Assembly: GCA_907165135.1 (NCBI GenBank)
Contig: OU015567.1
Span: 7,502,001-7,566,000, forward strand
Reading direction: 5' to 3'
Source of the DNA: Oikopleura dioica
Lineage: Eukaryota; Animalia; Chordata
Length of the DNA stretch: 64,000 nt
The position numbers and the translations under genes are program-made. Positions 1-17,700 of this stretch are shown here, piece after piece (the first letter of the stretch is position 1; each line of letters begins with the position of its first letter). The notes below the pieces were generated by a model, which saw only the letters and a program-made list of their open reading frames with translations, had not been told where the DNA came from and made no database searches.

Positions 1-926
1 GCAGGCAAATGAAGATAGATTTTACCTTTCGAATAAGTCTCAAATTATCGAGTTCATCAACAATCGCCCTCAAATACTTCTCCGCGCGGGGGTCTTCATA
101 TGAAACCGAGCCTTTCTTTCCATCTTGCGCTAGAACCATCTTTTGAAATTATTCCTCCTACATAAAACGTACTTTTCACTATTTCGAAATCAGTTGGCGT
201 GGGTAAAACTCGTAAGCAATGACCGAGGGAAGCTGATGAAACTGAAATGAATCGCGCAACATTTGCGATCTCAAACTTATCTTCTGCTTCTTCCATTTGT
301 TTCTTGTTCTTTCCCTGAGTAAAAATTGGCGATAAAAAAATTTGAAATTCCTTACGGATAAGTTTCTTCTGCGAACGGAATGAGGTGCTTTTGGCAAGGC
401 ACTGATGATTGGTTTTGGATCAGTTATGCTGAGGTATCCCTGGAGAAGCTTTTTAGATTCAGAAATTTGTTCTTCCCGTAATTCTGAATTTTCCGCGTGT
501 GTTTCTGATGCTGTTGATCGTTCGCTTTCCAGGTTGTTTGAGCCTTCGATGATTTTCAGCCCTAGGTCCGATATATTGTCCAGCTTTCTTTTTCTTTCCG
601 CCCTAAAACTGACTTGACAAAATATCAAATTTCGCTCCATACTTTAACAGTTCGATAGTAGCCTGTTCAAAGCGGTTCTTTTGCTCGTTCTCCTCGAGTT
701 TTTCTTGGATAAATTTCATTCGCCTCTTCACTCGCGCTGATTCTTCGTACAACTTTGCAAGTTTCTGAAGCCGTAGGACCATTTGTGATTGAGGAGAGTT
801 GCGCAGTTTTTGAACCCGAATCGAAAGCTCGTTTATGTCTGGATCGGTTTTCGCATTTCTCTTTTGGAAGTCATCCATGTCATCGATGAAAGCCATCTCT
901 TCATTTACCACTTGAACCGGTGGCAT
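1..926 (-). CDS. Uncharacterised coiled-coil protein, multi-exon, runs off the window start
   Basis: ATG at 926 follows a tttttctAG acceptor. ORFs 603-926, 179-640 and 96-296 look like successive exons. The last visible exon reads EDPRAEKYLRAIVDELDNLRLIRK before a GT donor near 26. No family recognised. Confidence 0.55.
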
Positions 927-1041
927 TCGAGGTCTAGAAAAAAAAAGGGATGAGAAAGAGGGAGGATTGAAAAGACATAGAATTTATCCGATAATGCATG
1001 AGAAAAGAAGGTGTGAGAAAAAAAGAAAAGGCATTTCAGAT

Positions 1042-1904
1042 TCAATGCTTCTTTTTGGCGCCAAATGAAGCAAAGCCCATTACTGAAGCTGATAGTGGAT
1101 CTTCGAGACTTTCACAAGCTGCGGCGATCTTTCTCTTTTTCGCCTTTTTGCATTCTTTCTTATATTGCTTGTGCCACTCTTCGTCGGCTTCGGCTTGAGC
1201 TTTTCGCTCGGCTTGTTGCTTTTCGAAGGTCATGCCTCCGGTCTTTTTCAGTTCTTCCATCTTTTTTATTCGATCAGCGAAGACTTGTCTCACACCGACG
1301 ACGCTTGATTCTAAATGGTTCAACTAGGTTAACTTTGGCCAGAGAAGGCACGAAACCTGGCAGTTTGTAAGGGTTGAAGCCCATATTCCTCTGATGTCTT
1401 CTTCCATTCATGTGGTTCAAGTACGCTCTTGAATCTTTGACATTGACATCACAAACTGAGCAGTAGTATCCGCCAGAGCCCTTGCCGTTATTCCCGTTTT
1501 CGAAACTGATCGCGACCTAGAGCTTCTTCAGACTAGAATGAGAGATGCTAATTTACCGTTTTCCCGATTCCACTTTCCATGTCAAGCTTTTTCTTTCGAG
1601 CTTGAACGGGATCTCGCATTGAGCTGGGCAAGTCTCGCTTTTCAAGGTTCGCGTCTGGGCCGTATTTTGTAGCTTTTTCCATGTCGCTTTAATAAAAAAT
1701 GAGTGCCACGGCGATAATTTTAGTTTCCTACACTTTGAGACGATGTTGAGCAATCTTCTGGTACTCGCCTCGATCCCAAAGTCGCCGACCTCGATCATCC
1801 TCTGTCACCAATTCTTTCTCCTTTTCAGGAGGTGTGAGAGCGTTTTTATTCCCGGACATATTCTTCCGGATCTTCGCCTTGATGTCCTCCGCAAAAGTGG
1901 ACAT
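1042..1904 (-). CDS. ZMAT2: Zinc finger matrin-type protein 2 (Snu23 spliceosomal protein)
   Basis: Joined exons give RRLWDRGEYQKIA...KLDMESGIGKT...GGYYCSVCDVNVKDSRAYLNHMNGRRHQRNMG...VMGFASFGAKKKH, the hallmark ZMAT2 motifs. ATG at 1904 directly follows tttAG. Confidence 0.88.
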
Positions 1905-2005
1905 TCTAAAACAATCATATGAGACTTCGGCCGTTTAAAAATTTCCCGTGTGTATTTGTATCTGTAAATGGAGTGGTGAAGCGGCGCAGGCTGTGAAAAG
2001 TACGA

Positions 2006-2994
2006 TTACTCGTCGATTATTTCATGAACTTTTGCAATGTGAGTGTCAACTCGAATCTGGAGATTTTCAAGAAAGTCTGTTTGAATATTGTATGCGCCAA
2101 GGGAAGAGAGCTCTTCTGTGATTGCCAGCAGCTTTTGCTTCAACTCGAGATTTTGACTTTCGAGTTCGTCGATGCGGCCCTCGAGCATCATCTGATTTGT
2201 GGGTCTATAATATGGCGATAAGAGAGGCTTCTGGTTTGTAGAAATGTACCTGATATTATCAAGCAAGTTCGAGAGACGGTTGGTTACGTCTTCAAGTTTG
2301 CCTGATCTCGGAGCAGGGGATTGAGGGATGTAATTCGGCGTGTAGTATTCCGTAGCGGATCCAAATCGACTATCCTTTAATTTTTCGGCAGGTGTGAAGT
2401 ACATCGGTTTTTCTTTCTTCATCAAATTTATCGTCACATTTTCAGAGGGAGTCATGTAGATCGACTTTTCGAGGGCAAGTTTCGAAGCTTGCTTCTGCTC
2501 ATTTGGCGTTTCAAACTTCGTCAAGTTTTCATTCAAATCTTTTGCGAAGGATTGCTCGTTGTCATTTGTTATTTCATGGAAGATGCGCCCTTTGGAGTCT
2601 TTAATTTCAGACTGATCGTCGCTAAATTCTTCCACGCAGCTGTGAAATGCGTCCGAGTCCATGTCAGAGAAGATGTTTTTTGCTGGACTGTTCACTGAAA
2701 GAAAAACGGTTCAAGATAGTAGGAAGAGTCATTCTTACCTCTTGGCAGTGGAAGTTTATTTTCCTTCTGGATACTCTTTCTCTGTGGTGTTTCACTGTTG
2801 ATGACGGATATGTCTGGAATATGGAAGGTGACTTCTTTCGGCGATCGTTTGTTGAAAGGAGTTGAGGTCTGCTTGTTCTTGTTCGTCAAAATTCCTGGAG
2901 AAGGGAAGTTGCAGCTCTCATCTGCTTGAATTCTTGCGAGAAAGGGAGATTGGAGCTTCTTTCGAGGAGTCGAAAACATTTCAGGCTTTTCCAT
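2006..2994 (-). CDS. Uncharacterised disordered S/T-P-rich protein with C-terminal coiled coil (2 exons)
   Basis: ORFs 2692-2994 and 2006-2695 are joined by a short GT-AG intron near 2700-2737. It lies 73-102 bp from its neighbours in the operon-like array. Confidence 0.6.
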
Positions 2995-3066
2995 TTTTCA
3001 GTCCTACTTTTCAATTTCCAAGGTCTGAAATAAGGATTGTCATTATTTTTACATTTCGAAAGAGAT

Positions 3067-4960
3067 TTAGTCGGATAAAGTATCATTTTCTTCAAGAAAC
3101 AGATCCACAGATTCCTCATCGAGAAAGTCTTTCAATCTATCCACTCTTCTATCTGGCAGGCAGAAATCTACAGTATTTGTCATTTCTCTGCTCTCGCTAG
3201 TTATAAAGTCATCGTAGCCATCAGAATAATCGAAAATATATGGCCAGTCGCTTTCTTGAAGATAAGTTTTTGTATCACGGTTGTATTTGAGGCCGAATTT
3301 TCCGATTTCTCCATGTCGACATTTGTGAATCTAAAAAACTCTTAACAAAGATTAAAGTTGATTTCGAAGATACCTGTATCCAATCTTTCCGGACCCCGGT
3401 TTCGATATCCTGTGATGTTTGAAGTATGATTACATTATCGGCTTCCTGGACTGATCTCGCTCTCCCAGAGAGGTCATATTCCGTCAAAAATGAGTACCCA
3501 TCTTTCTTGCTGACATTGCTTGTTTTTCGCGGGTGACAGATTACTGTTACGTGAACATCGGTAAATGTAGCTAATTCACGCAGCATTCTTATCGTGTTAT
3601 CTAAGAAATGGTAATTAATAATTATTCAGTTTTAAATTGGTAGGTTATTTACCTTGGCTCATGTAAGCATCGTCCGAGCTCGTTCCAAATATCAGAAACT
3701 GCATATTATCGATAATTATATGATCGATTCTATGATTCTCTATCAGTTCTTTCAGCTTATCAACAAGCTCATTAGGATCCATCGAGCCTGGCTCGGAATT
3801 CAACGCTAGAATTCCAAGATTTCCAAGTTTTTCCTGAACGAATTCGTATTCAATTTGGCAGTCTTCGGAAGATTTCTGGCAGAGTTGCATAGCCTGCATA
3901 TTTTGCAGCGCCTCTAGTTTCATTTCAAACGAGCACCAAAGCGTTTTTGCTCCATTGAGAGCCAAGTCTATCGAATATTCTGAGAGAAATGTTGTTTTTC
4001 CCTTTCCTGTGTGACCCGAGAAGAGTGTCAATTCTCCTTTCCGCAGGCCACCGAGATTTTCGTTGAGCATCGAGAACCGGGTAAATTTTATCGATTCCGC
4101 TGCAGTTTGACTTTGAACAAAAGATCGGGCCATATTCGCTCCAAGGTTGACTACATCGCCAGTTTCTCTGATCAGAACATTTAAAAGAGTAAGCGTGGAT
4201 CGATGATGCTTTGGTCGTGGAATTGACGAGCTAACGGTCGTTATTTTTGAGTCATCAAGATCCTCAAAGATATCTGGGTATTTAGCAACAAGCTGGCCTG
4301 GCCAGATTATAATTTCCTTTTTCATCTCCAGAATTGTTCTTTTGAAGAGTGAAGAGTTTTCCGCGCCAGAAATGGGCAGCACGCCTTTTTGAATTCTCGC
4401 AGCAGTAGGTTCCAAACAAAGGGCATCCCACTCGTCTTCAACAACGATCACACGGTCAAACTCGCGCCATGAAAATAAACCGGCATAATTGTGATTTCCC
4501 GTGCTCGGTACATATGAAAAGTTGTCAGGAGAGTCGTATATTTTGACAGCGTGGACATTTTCGTCGCGTAGAAAATTTTCATCCTCGTGAAAAGGAATAT
4601 CAACAAAGAGAACTCCATTTGATTTCAGGAATTTTAACCGCTCAACATTCTTATAATGAATCTGACTCATTGGGAGGGGAAATTTAACTTCATGCTCGTC
4701 AAGAATCGTTTGAAATCTCGCCTCGTAATCCCTTGATGAAAATTTTAATCGAGAAAATTGACGGAGTAGAAAAATTACCCTTCCAGAATCTTCGAGCTTT
4801 CGAGCAAGTTTTTAGCTTCGCAAAAATGATATAAGGCCCCGAGCTTCTGACAAAAATATGTTTTTCTGTTCCCATACAACTTGAATGAATCCTCAGATAA
4901 ATGCGATGACCTTCGCTTTAGCACGATTGTTCTGACGTAGTTCTGCGTACACGTGCGCAT
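3067..4960 (-). CDS. TWNK: Twinkle mitochondrial replicative DNA helicase (SF4)
   Basis: GGLRKGELTLFSGHTGKGKTTFLSEYSIDL (Walker A), WCSFEM, HIIIDNMQF (Walker B), VICHPRK, QEADNVIIL. The last exon 3330-3067 reads IHKCRHGEIGKFGLKYN...DTLSD*. Confidence 0.92.
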
Positions 4961-5141
4961 TCTTTAATCAATCTAAGTTACTACTGCTTCGTTAAAATGC
5001 GGCTTCTCTTGCTCACTACACTCTACGACCGAAAGAGAAAAACAACAAGTGTAAATATTACATCTTCATCATGTTTATTGGCAGAAAGATGGTTCAACAC
5101 CAGCAAAAGAACATGAGAAGGGCTTCACCGTAATCGGCCAT

Positions 5142-6021
<880 letters not shown>

Positions 6022-6115
6022 CTACCTGTCTAAACTCAAAACAATGAATAGTTATCTTACACAACCACAAGTCCAGAAATCGACAGAATCCGTACGCAAA
6101 TGGCCGGAGCCGGAT

Positions 6116-6814
6116 TTATTTGGCGGCAGCAAGGGCAGCGAGAACGGAGGCCTTCTTTTCGTCCTAAAAAGGGATTGAGAAAAGTGTTCAAAAATGATGG
6201 TGAAATCAAGGAAGAGAAATCACGAACCTGCTTGGCAGCTCGCTTCTCTCGCTTGAGCTTGTTCTTCTCTCGCTGGACGTGAGCCTGGGCTCGGAACATA
6301 GCGGCTCGGCTTCGTCGGGCCTTCTCCTTGTGGATGTGCTCCATCAAGACTCGCTTGTTCTTGAAGACATTACCCTTCGCCTTGAGGTAAAGCTCGTGGT
6401 ACATGTGCTTGTCGACCTTCTCCTGCTTTCGGTACTTGGCCAAAAGTCGTCGGAGAACTCGCTGACGTCGCATCCAGAGGAGCTTGACGGGCATACGAGC
6501 GTTGGCAGTACCGAGTCGCTTACCGGGGCCAGTGTGTCGACCCTTTCGTCGGGCTTCGGTGTTGGCTCGTGCTCGGGCCCGAGAGTGGACAACGGTGGGC
6601 TTCTTGATGATCAGACCATCCTTGATGAGTCGTCGCACCTGATGCCTGGTAAATTGTTAGCGACTTACTAAACACGGCAAACGCACGAAACGTCAACTTA
6701 CCTCGAGTTGGCGTTGGAGATGTTCTGGTTTTCATTGGGGTCCAACCAGACCTTGTTTTTACCGCACTTCATGACAGCGGCGGCGAGCCGCTTCTGAAGG
6801 AGGAGAGCCGACAT
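6116..6814 (-). CDS. RPL19: 60S ribosomal protein L19 (eL19)
   Basis: [28 protein letters not shown]...NANSR | ...[13 protein letters not shown]...[14 protein letters not shown]; last exon [15 protein letters not shown]. Confidence 0.97.
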
Positions 6815-6950
6815 GGTTGTCTAAAAAGGGCGGAGGTTAGAGACTTGCTTTTTGAATATTTTCGGCAGTAGATTTAGTGGCGGCCTTTGGTGGCAGGCGC
6901 GTCGGAGAAGAAAAGGACACGTGAAAAGTGACAATAGTTTAGAAATTTGA

Positions 6951-10924
<3,974 letters not shown>

Positions 10925-11059
10925 CCAGGAGTCCGTTTCAAATCTCTTAAATTTGAATTTTGCATTTTATGTCTCTCGGAAAACGGAAACATTCGAAAGA
11001 AAACGAAATTGTGAACAGTGGTGTGGGCAAGGGGCAGTCAGTTTATCAAATGACGCCGT

Positions 11060-11125
11060 TTGATTGGCCCATTCGTTTTTAAGCCAGAATCGGGCGGCCA
11101 ATCGAAGCGCGCGCCCGCTCTGAGG
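11060..11125. promoter_or_regulatory. Probable promoter elements upstream of POLR2B (two CCAAT boxes and a GC-rich box)
   Basis: gATTGG at ~11062, CCAAT at ~11098, gcgcgcgcccgc at ~11107, within the ~690-bp MCM2-RPB2 gap. Motif-level evidence only. Confidence 0.3.
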
Positions 11126-11273
11126 AACGACACGTAACCACATGAGCCCGATACTACGATTCTGGAATTTTGCTAGAAAATTATTTTTCGTAAGACGACT
11201 GTTTTCGGTCACCAGAAGGTGACTCATCCCGAATTTGATTAAATATCGACTAGTTCTGACGAGTGACTATAGA

Positions 11274-11357
11274 CTGGACCCGGCACCCTGAGTCAGGGTC
11301 TCAAAGATTTAACCGAAAAGCCGCGTAGCGGCTTGGGAAAATTACCTGAGTCAGGTG
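11274..11357. repeat. Terminal fragment of the MITE family also present at 57884-58078
   Basis: ctggacccggcaccctgagtcagggtctcaaagatttaaccgaaaagccgcgtagcggctt aligns with the reverse complement of the 58078 end (ctgggctcggcaacctgagtcagggtctgaaggatcaaaaatgaaaagccgcgtagcggctt). Confidence 0.7.
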
Positions 11358-11609
11358 TTTGAGCTCAGTCCATAGAACGACTAGTAAACTGACATGCTTC
11401 ATCCCAAAAGTGTCATTTATCACTGTTCAATTTCATGTAAAGGAGAAACGAGAGTTGTGTAAGTTCAAAAGATATCTCTATTTTATCTTGAGTGTGTTTT
11501 GGTATGGTGGGACAAGAACTGTCAGGATAATTGTGCGAATATATGGCAGTGTGATAACTGGATGAAAGTTTTAATTGGATTCTAGTTGATTCTGTGTCGA
11601 ATTGACGGT

Positions 11610-14600
11610 TTATTCCTTGACTCGTCGGATGACCTTCCTTTGCTTGTCGAACTCGAACTTGTGGCTGCGGAAAATCGCCGAATTGTACAAGCCCTTGAAG
11701 CGAGAATGTAAAAAGGGGCGAAACAAGAAAAGTCTTTACCTTGCAAGATGTAATGTTCATCTGTCTAGCCTTGTCGAGCAGATCCTTCTCTGAGATCTCT
11801 ACGTTGTTCGCCTTGTCCAAATCGTGCTGGAATCTGTTTCGGAGGTAGAATGTCTGCTCCTTGATCAGCTGCTTGAGCAAGAACATCAACAATTCGTTGT
11901 TGTCTCGTTTGTAGCTAAAAATAAAACCCGTGTGAAGAAAATTCGAGAGGTGATAAATTTTCGCTCACCTGAGATATTTTGAAAAGGTCTTTCGCATCTG
12001 TCTGGCGACAGTGAATTTCTGCGTCTCAATGAATGACTCAAGAACGACTCGGATGCCGATGTTGACGTCTTCTTCCAGCACCATGTTTCGGAGATGCATC
12101 TTCGCATTCGCCTCGGCCAGACGGATGACGGATTCAATATGACGAACAGTGATTGGAATCGAACCTGTCGCCATCGATTCTCGTCGCAACTCGGCGTACA
12201 TTCGCGCCACTTTGTCTTGCTCCATGTCGAGCTTTGGATGCACCTAGAATTTTCTTTTTCAAGCAAAATCATTGATAACCCCCTTACCTTCATTCGCGCG
12301 TACTGAATGTATTTCTTCAACAAATCGGTTGGGATGTTATCCAAATCGGATTGAATCATCACTTCTTCTTGCTCCCTTTCTTCCTCTATGAAAAAAGTTT
12401 TGACTGATCAAAAAAGGTTGATTTACCATCGGCAAGAGGGTGGTTTCGCGAGTGCGATCGCAGAACAAAACGGGCAAGCTGCTCATCTAAAATTAGCGAA
12501 ATTTAAAATCATTGTTGTCTTCAAGTTTTTACCTTGAACAGGGTCAATTGTATCCCGCACAACACAAAGCACATCGAAACGAGAGAGGATAGGCTCAGTG
12601 AGATCGACATTGTCGGAGAAAGTAATAGAAGGATCGTACCGACCGCTGATAGGATTGGACGCGGCAATGACTGAGCAACGAGCCTAAAATAGAGTTCGCC
12701 GATAGAGTTGCTTGAAAACCTGGTTAAGCTACCTGCAGCTGAGTGTTGATACCGGCTTTTGAGATGGAAATAGTCTGTTGTTCCATAGCTTCGTGAATTG
12801 ATGTTCGATCTGAGTCATTCATTTTGTCGAACTCGTCAATCAGACATGTTCCCTCATCGGCCAGTACAAGCGCACCAGCTTCAAGAGTCCACTCTCCGCT
12901 AACTGGATGTCGTTGAACGTAAGCAGTCAAACCTACAGCCGAGGCACCCTGTCCAGTAGCATAGACGCTTCTTGGAGCGATCTTCTGCGTCGATTTCAAG
13001 AACTGAGACTTGGCAGTTCCGGGATCACCGCAAAGGAGGACGTTGATGTCGCCTCTCAGTCTGTGCTTCCCGTCGATGTTTTTGCGAACACCGCCAAAGA
13101 GTGATAAAGCAATGGCTCGCTTGATATTGTCATGGCCGTAGATGGATGGAGCGATGGATTGGCAAATTCGCTCGCCAATGCGCTCATCTTTCGACAACGC
13201 GCGGATCATTTTGATATCTTCTTCTGTGATAGCGCAGCTGGTGGTGCGGGCCTGTGAGTTGATTACGTGGTTGGCAAGGAGGACAGTGGAGAAGACAGGA
13301 AAGCCGTTTTTCGTGTTGAGCGAGCCATCGTATGAGTGGGAATAGATACCAGTGATGCTGACTTCATCACCGGGTCGACAGGAATCGACTAAGTCCGCGA
13401 GCAGGATCACATCCTTCGATCGAGGAAGACGGCCGGCTTGAACTGTAGCTGGCGACTCTTGAAGAGAGACTCGCTGATAATTCTGATAAATGGTTTCTTC
13501 CATGTTGACCTCGAAGGGTCCATATGATTGGCACTGAGGGCATGTTCCTGGCTTGACTTCCTGATTCTGTCCCTGCGCAAATGGGCCAACGATTTCGCCA
13601 CATTTGAGGCAGGAAAATTTGACCATTCTCATCTGGGGCAAAACACCAGTTGTGGAAGCAATGACACCGTGAGTCTTGATAAGCTGCTCCAAGTGAAGCT
13701 GTCGCAGAGCGTTGATTTCTTCGACGAGTGGTAGCTTTGTGATGCGCACGAAAATTTCGGAATGTATGTTGGTGTAGCGGGGGAAGGAGTTGGTCACCAA
13801 CTCGGTGGCAGCTTTGTTCATGATTTGCAGCATGACTTCAGGCACTTCTGGCAAGAAGTAAGCGAGCGAGTTGGCTTCGGAAGCGAGATTCGTGAACTCC
13901 ACTTCCAGCGACTGTCGGTTGTCCATCACCATATCGTAGATGGCCTTTTTGAAGATGGGGTGGCCGTTTTCGTCCTTGGCTGTGCGCATGTATTGCTGGA
14001 AACGAAGGTAGAGTTCTTTGTTGATTTGGGGTTTTTGGACCCATTCAAGAAGCGAGTGTCCTTTTGTGTCTTCGATGTTTTCAATTTTTTCGTACTCTTC
14101 TGCGCCATCTTCGTAACGATCGAGGCGTCTTCGTCGACGAGAGTGATCCACCTAGAAAAAAGATTATATAACTCTATTCGTCATTATTAACGATATAAAG
14201 TCGTGTATATATAATTACATAATGATCCTACATCGTCATCTTCGTCATCGTATATCAAGTGATCCATTCCTCGACCTTCGCGTCGATCTCGTCGGTTCAG
14301 GTCTTGCTCTGCTCGCGCTCGTGCATCTTCGTCATCATCGACTTCGGCGTCGTCCAGCATTTCTTCGCCGTCTAATCACTTATGGAACGAATTCGGACTC
14401 TATTTCACTCACCGAGGTCGCCTCTATAATCGTCCAGCTCCGGAATCGCTCGATAATCATTCTCCATTCCATCGCCGAAGAGTTCATCGCCCTCTCCTTC
14501 ATCAGCGTCTCCTTGGGCGTCGAGAAGGTGTTCCATTCCTTCGTCGATTTCATCGACTTCATCTCCGGCATCTTCCTCGAAGGGACGATTTGGAGAAGCT

Positions 14601-14668
14601 GGACGATGTGGATCTGGTGATGGCGGGTTGATTTCGGACGTTCCCAATTCACTACTGTTTGGATCCAT
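11610..14668 (-). CDS. MCM2: DNA replication licensing factor MCM2
   Basis: [17 protein letters not shown] (histone-binding domain), CLKC..CPQC zinc finger, [43 protein letters not shown]; ATG directly after ttttcAG. Confidence 0.98.
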
Positions 14669-14749
14669 TCTGAAAAGTACAAGTTCCGCGGAGTGAAAAC
14701 AACGAGGAAAGCACGAGGCAGAGATATATATTTATCAAGTTGTGATGTT

Positions 14750-17700
14750 TCAATTGACAACCATCTCTTCGCTAGCAGTGACCATCTGTTCATCTTCTGA
14801 TTCCGACTGTTCCTCGATCTCGACCTTTCCTCTTCCAACTTTGATGCGCTTCTGCATCTGATCTGCCTTCTTCTTTTCCTTGAACTGGTTCAGCTTCTCC
14901 TTCACAACAGCCTTAAGGGTAAAACATGAAATCGGCGCGGCGCGCCCGCCCGATCGGCGCCCCGCGGTGACCTACTTTTCAAAGACAGGGCAAATCTGAA
15001 CGGATAAAGCTTTTTACAAAATTTTTTTTGATTTAGGATCGTCAAAGCTTTTTCTGAAATTATAGCAATTTTGAAAAGAAATGATAGCAAGGAAGAGTTC
15101 TTAAATGGCGTGAGTTGGTCAAAGTCTATCTCCTCCCACAATTTTCGTCCGATTTTTACCAAAAGATGAGCCTGTAGAGCTTCGTCTAATCTACAATTTC
15201 GTAGTTTCAGATTTTGAATTCTAGTTTCATAAATTTTTAAAAGAATTTTTTAAATGAGCGCTCTCTCGCCGCTGCTCGCTTTTTTCCCGCGCTCCTCGCT
15301 TCAACTACCTGCGCTAAATTCTGAGCAAATACTCTATGTGGGTCAGCGTATGCTGAATTTCCGACTGAAATGGTTTGAACTGGTGGTGATAATCATGCTT
15401 CTAAGGATGTTGATAATCCTTTTTCTTCAGCATTTTCTTGAGTTTGGTGGAATGCGTTCATTTACTATGCCAAAAAGATCTAAAAAATACGACAGAAGTG
15501 ATAATTTCAAAAAAGCAAAAAATGAAGAAAGAGAGATGGAAAAAGATCAAGAGAAAGATTCAAAGGAAGTCGGCGTCCAAACAGAGGAGCCAGAAGAAGA
15601 TGACGATGATGAAGAAGACTCTGAAGACGGAGAAATCGAAGAAGAGCAAGCTGAAGATGATGACGATGATGAAATCGAAGAAGAGCAAGCTGAGGAAGTC
15701 GAGCCAGAAGATGAATACGCTGAAATACACGATGATGAGAACATTATTGTCACGCTCAAAATAATCAGGAACATTCTACGAATCGTTGCGTGTCCTGGTT
15801 GCCTCAAGATTGGGGGACTGTGGCTGGCAGCTTTGAGTTTTGAGTATGTACGTCTTCATTTCGAGCTTGGATGTAACAACTGCAACAAATTCAAGTACAA
15901 GTGCTGGATGACAGAAGAAGCGTTCAACAAAATCTTCACATTTGCTCAAATTTTGAGCGGAATAAAGGACAGCCAGATGAAAAGATTCTTAGCAACAATA
16001 AGTTACGCTGCAAAAACTCGTAATGGACGTGAAATTTCTCCTGTTTACAACAACGACATCAACTCAAAAGCTTCAAAATGCAAAGAAACCGTCAATCAAG
16101 CAGTCATCCAAGAGTGTGAGGCTTCTATGAACTCAAAAATTCAAGAGTTCATCGAATTTCATCATGCCCATCCTGGCGAGCGCGTTGCAGTAAGTCTGGA
16201 CGGCAACTACAACGACCGCGGCCTTTTGCGTAATCAAGCCCAGGCCTGTTTTGTATCGCTTATCGGAATAATGCAAGGCAAACCATCAGTACTTGGAAGT
16301 GTCATTCTCAAAAGAGCACAAGAAGCAAAAGAAGAAACCATCATTAAAAATTCGAAAGGAAGAATTGCTCCTCGTGGAACTCCTCCAAATGCATTGGAAG
16401 TCATGGGTGTGAACATTCTGTTTGAAGAAGTACTACAAAAAATTCAAGTCGCTATTCCAGAAAAGAAAATTTACATTTGCGCCGATAAAGATGCAAAAGT
16501 TCGAAGCGCAGAAACAAACAAATATAAAAATGGGCCGAAGAAAGGGATGGAAATTTTGCCGAAAGATTCTTTTCAATGGACTTACGATTCCGCGCATCTT
16601 CTGAAAAATATAGTCTACCACGCTGAGAAAAATTTGCCCATCGGAAGTTCAAAAGACAGATTCACAAAAAAACAAGTAACACAAGTTGGAACAAGGGTTC
16701 AAGATGCCTCAAAACATATAATGAATAACGATCTCTCTCTCGAAGAAGCGAAATTGAAAATGGATAAAACACGGAGACACTCTTATGGAAAACATGAGCT
16801 TTGCGATGAAAATTGTCAACAACTTCCTGCGATTCTTCAGCCTCATGGAAATCTAACGCAAGAAAAAATAGAAGAACTAATCGACGAACTTTACAGAAAA
16901 AAATTTGGAGAAGAGTTTATTTTATGTCTTCTAAATAACGGTTCAACATCATATAACGAGTATCTTCACAGCCTTATTTATAATCGACACTTATTTGCGA
17001 AAGGAGATCCCGCTGGTCCCTTTACTCAGCGATTTGATGTTGCTTGCAATCTTGGAATTCTCATTTACAATTATTCTCAAAATGAAGCTATCAAAAAAGT
17101 ATTCAATCGACTTGACATTGGAACTGGTGAAATCGGCCTCAAAAGAATGGAGAAAATTGAAATTAGACGAAAAGAAACAAATAAGAAGCATGTCACTCCT
17201 CATAAAAATTCAGTCAGACAGAAACGTCGGATGTCGCAGAAACAAAATCGTCAATTTGGAACATATGGGAATAGAGTGCAGCGAGAGATCGACGAAAAAC
17301 GGGCTGCGGCACTTGCAAAACTTGAAGAGGAAAAGAAACTTGTGAATGTGAAGAAAATTGAAGGAGAAAAGAATATTGGAGAAGAAAAGAAGATTGAAGA
17401 AGAAAAGAAGATCGAAGAAGAAAAGGAGAATCTGGAAAACTTTTTGTAAACTTACTTTTTTTTCTTTCAAAACATCCGTCTCTTTATCAAAATACAACTA
17501 TGAATTCTGAACTGAAAGTTGTTATGAATTTGTTGCAAAAAGAAAAACACGATCTAGAAGTGAAAAGGGCATTCGCAGGAGCGCAGCGTGAGAAAAAGGC
17601 GGCCGCGGCGTGAGAGCAGTTGTTTTGAGAGGTCATTAAAAATTCTAGAAAAATCAAATTTGAAAGTTACTCTACGAAATTAAAGAGCAGACGGAGCTCT

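Noticed and set aside
15254-15466. N-terminal 71 codons of the 731-aa ORF
   Set aside because: They overlap the degenerate inner TIR and read like UTR. MPKRSKK at 15467 is the more plausible start.
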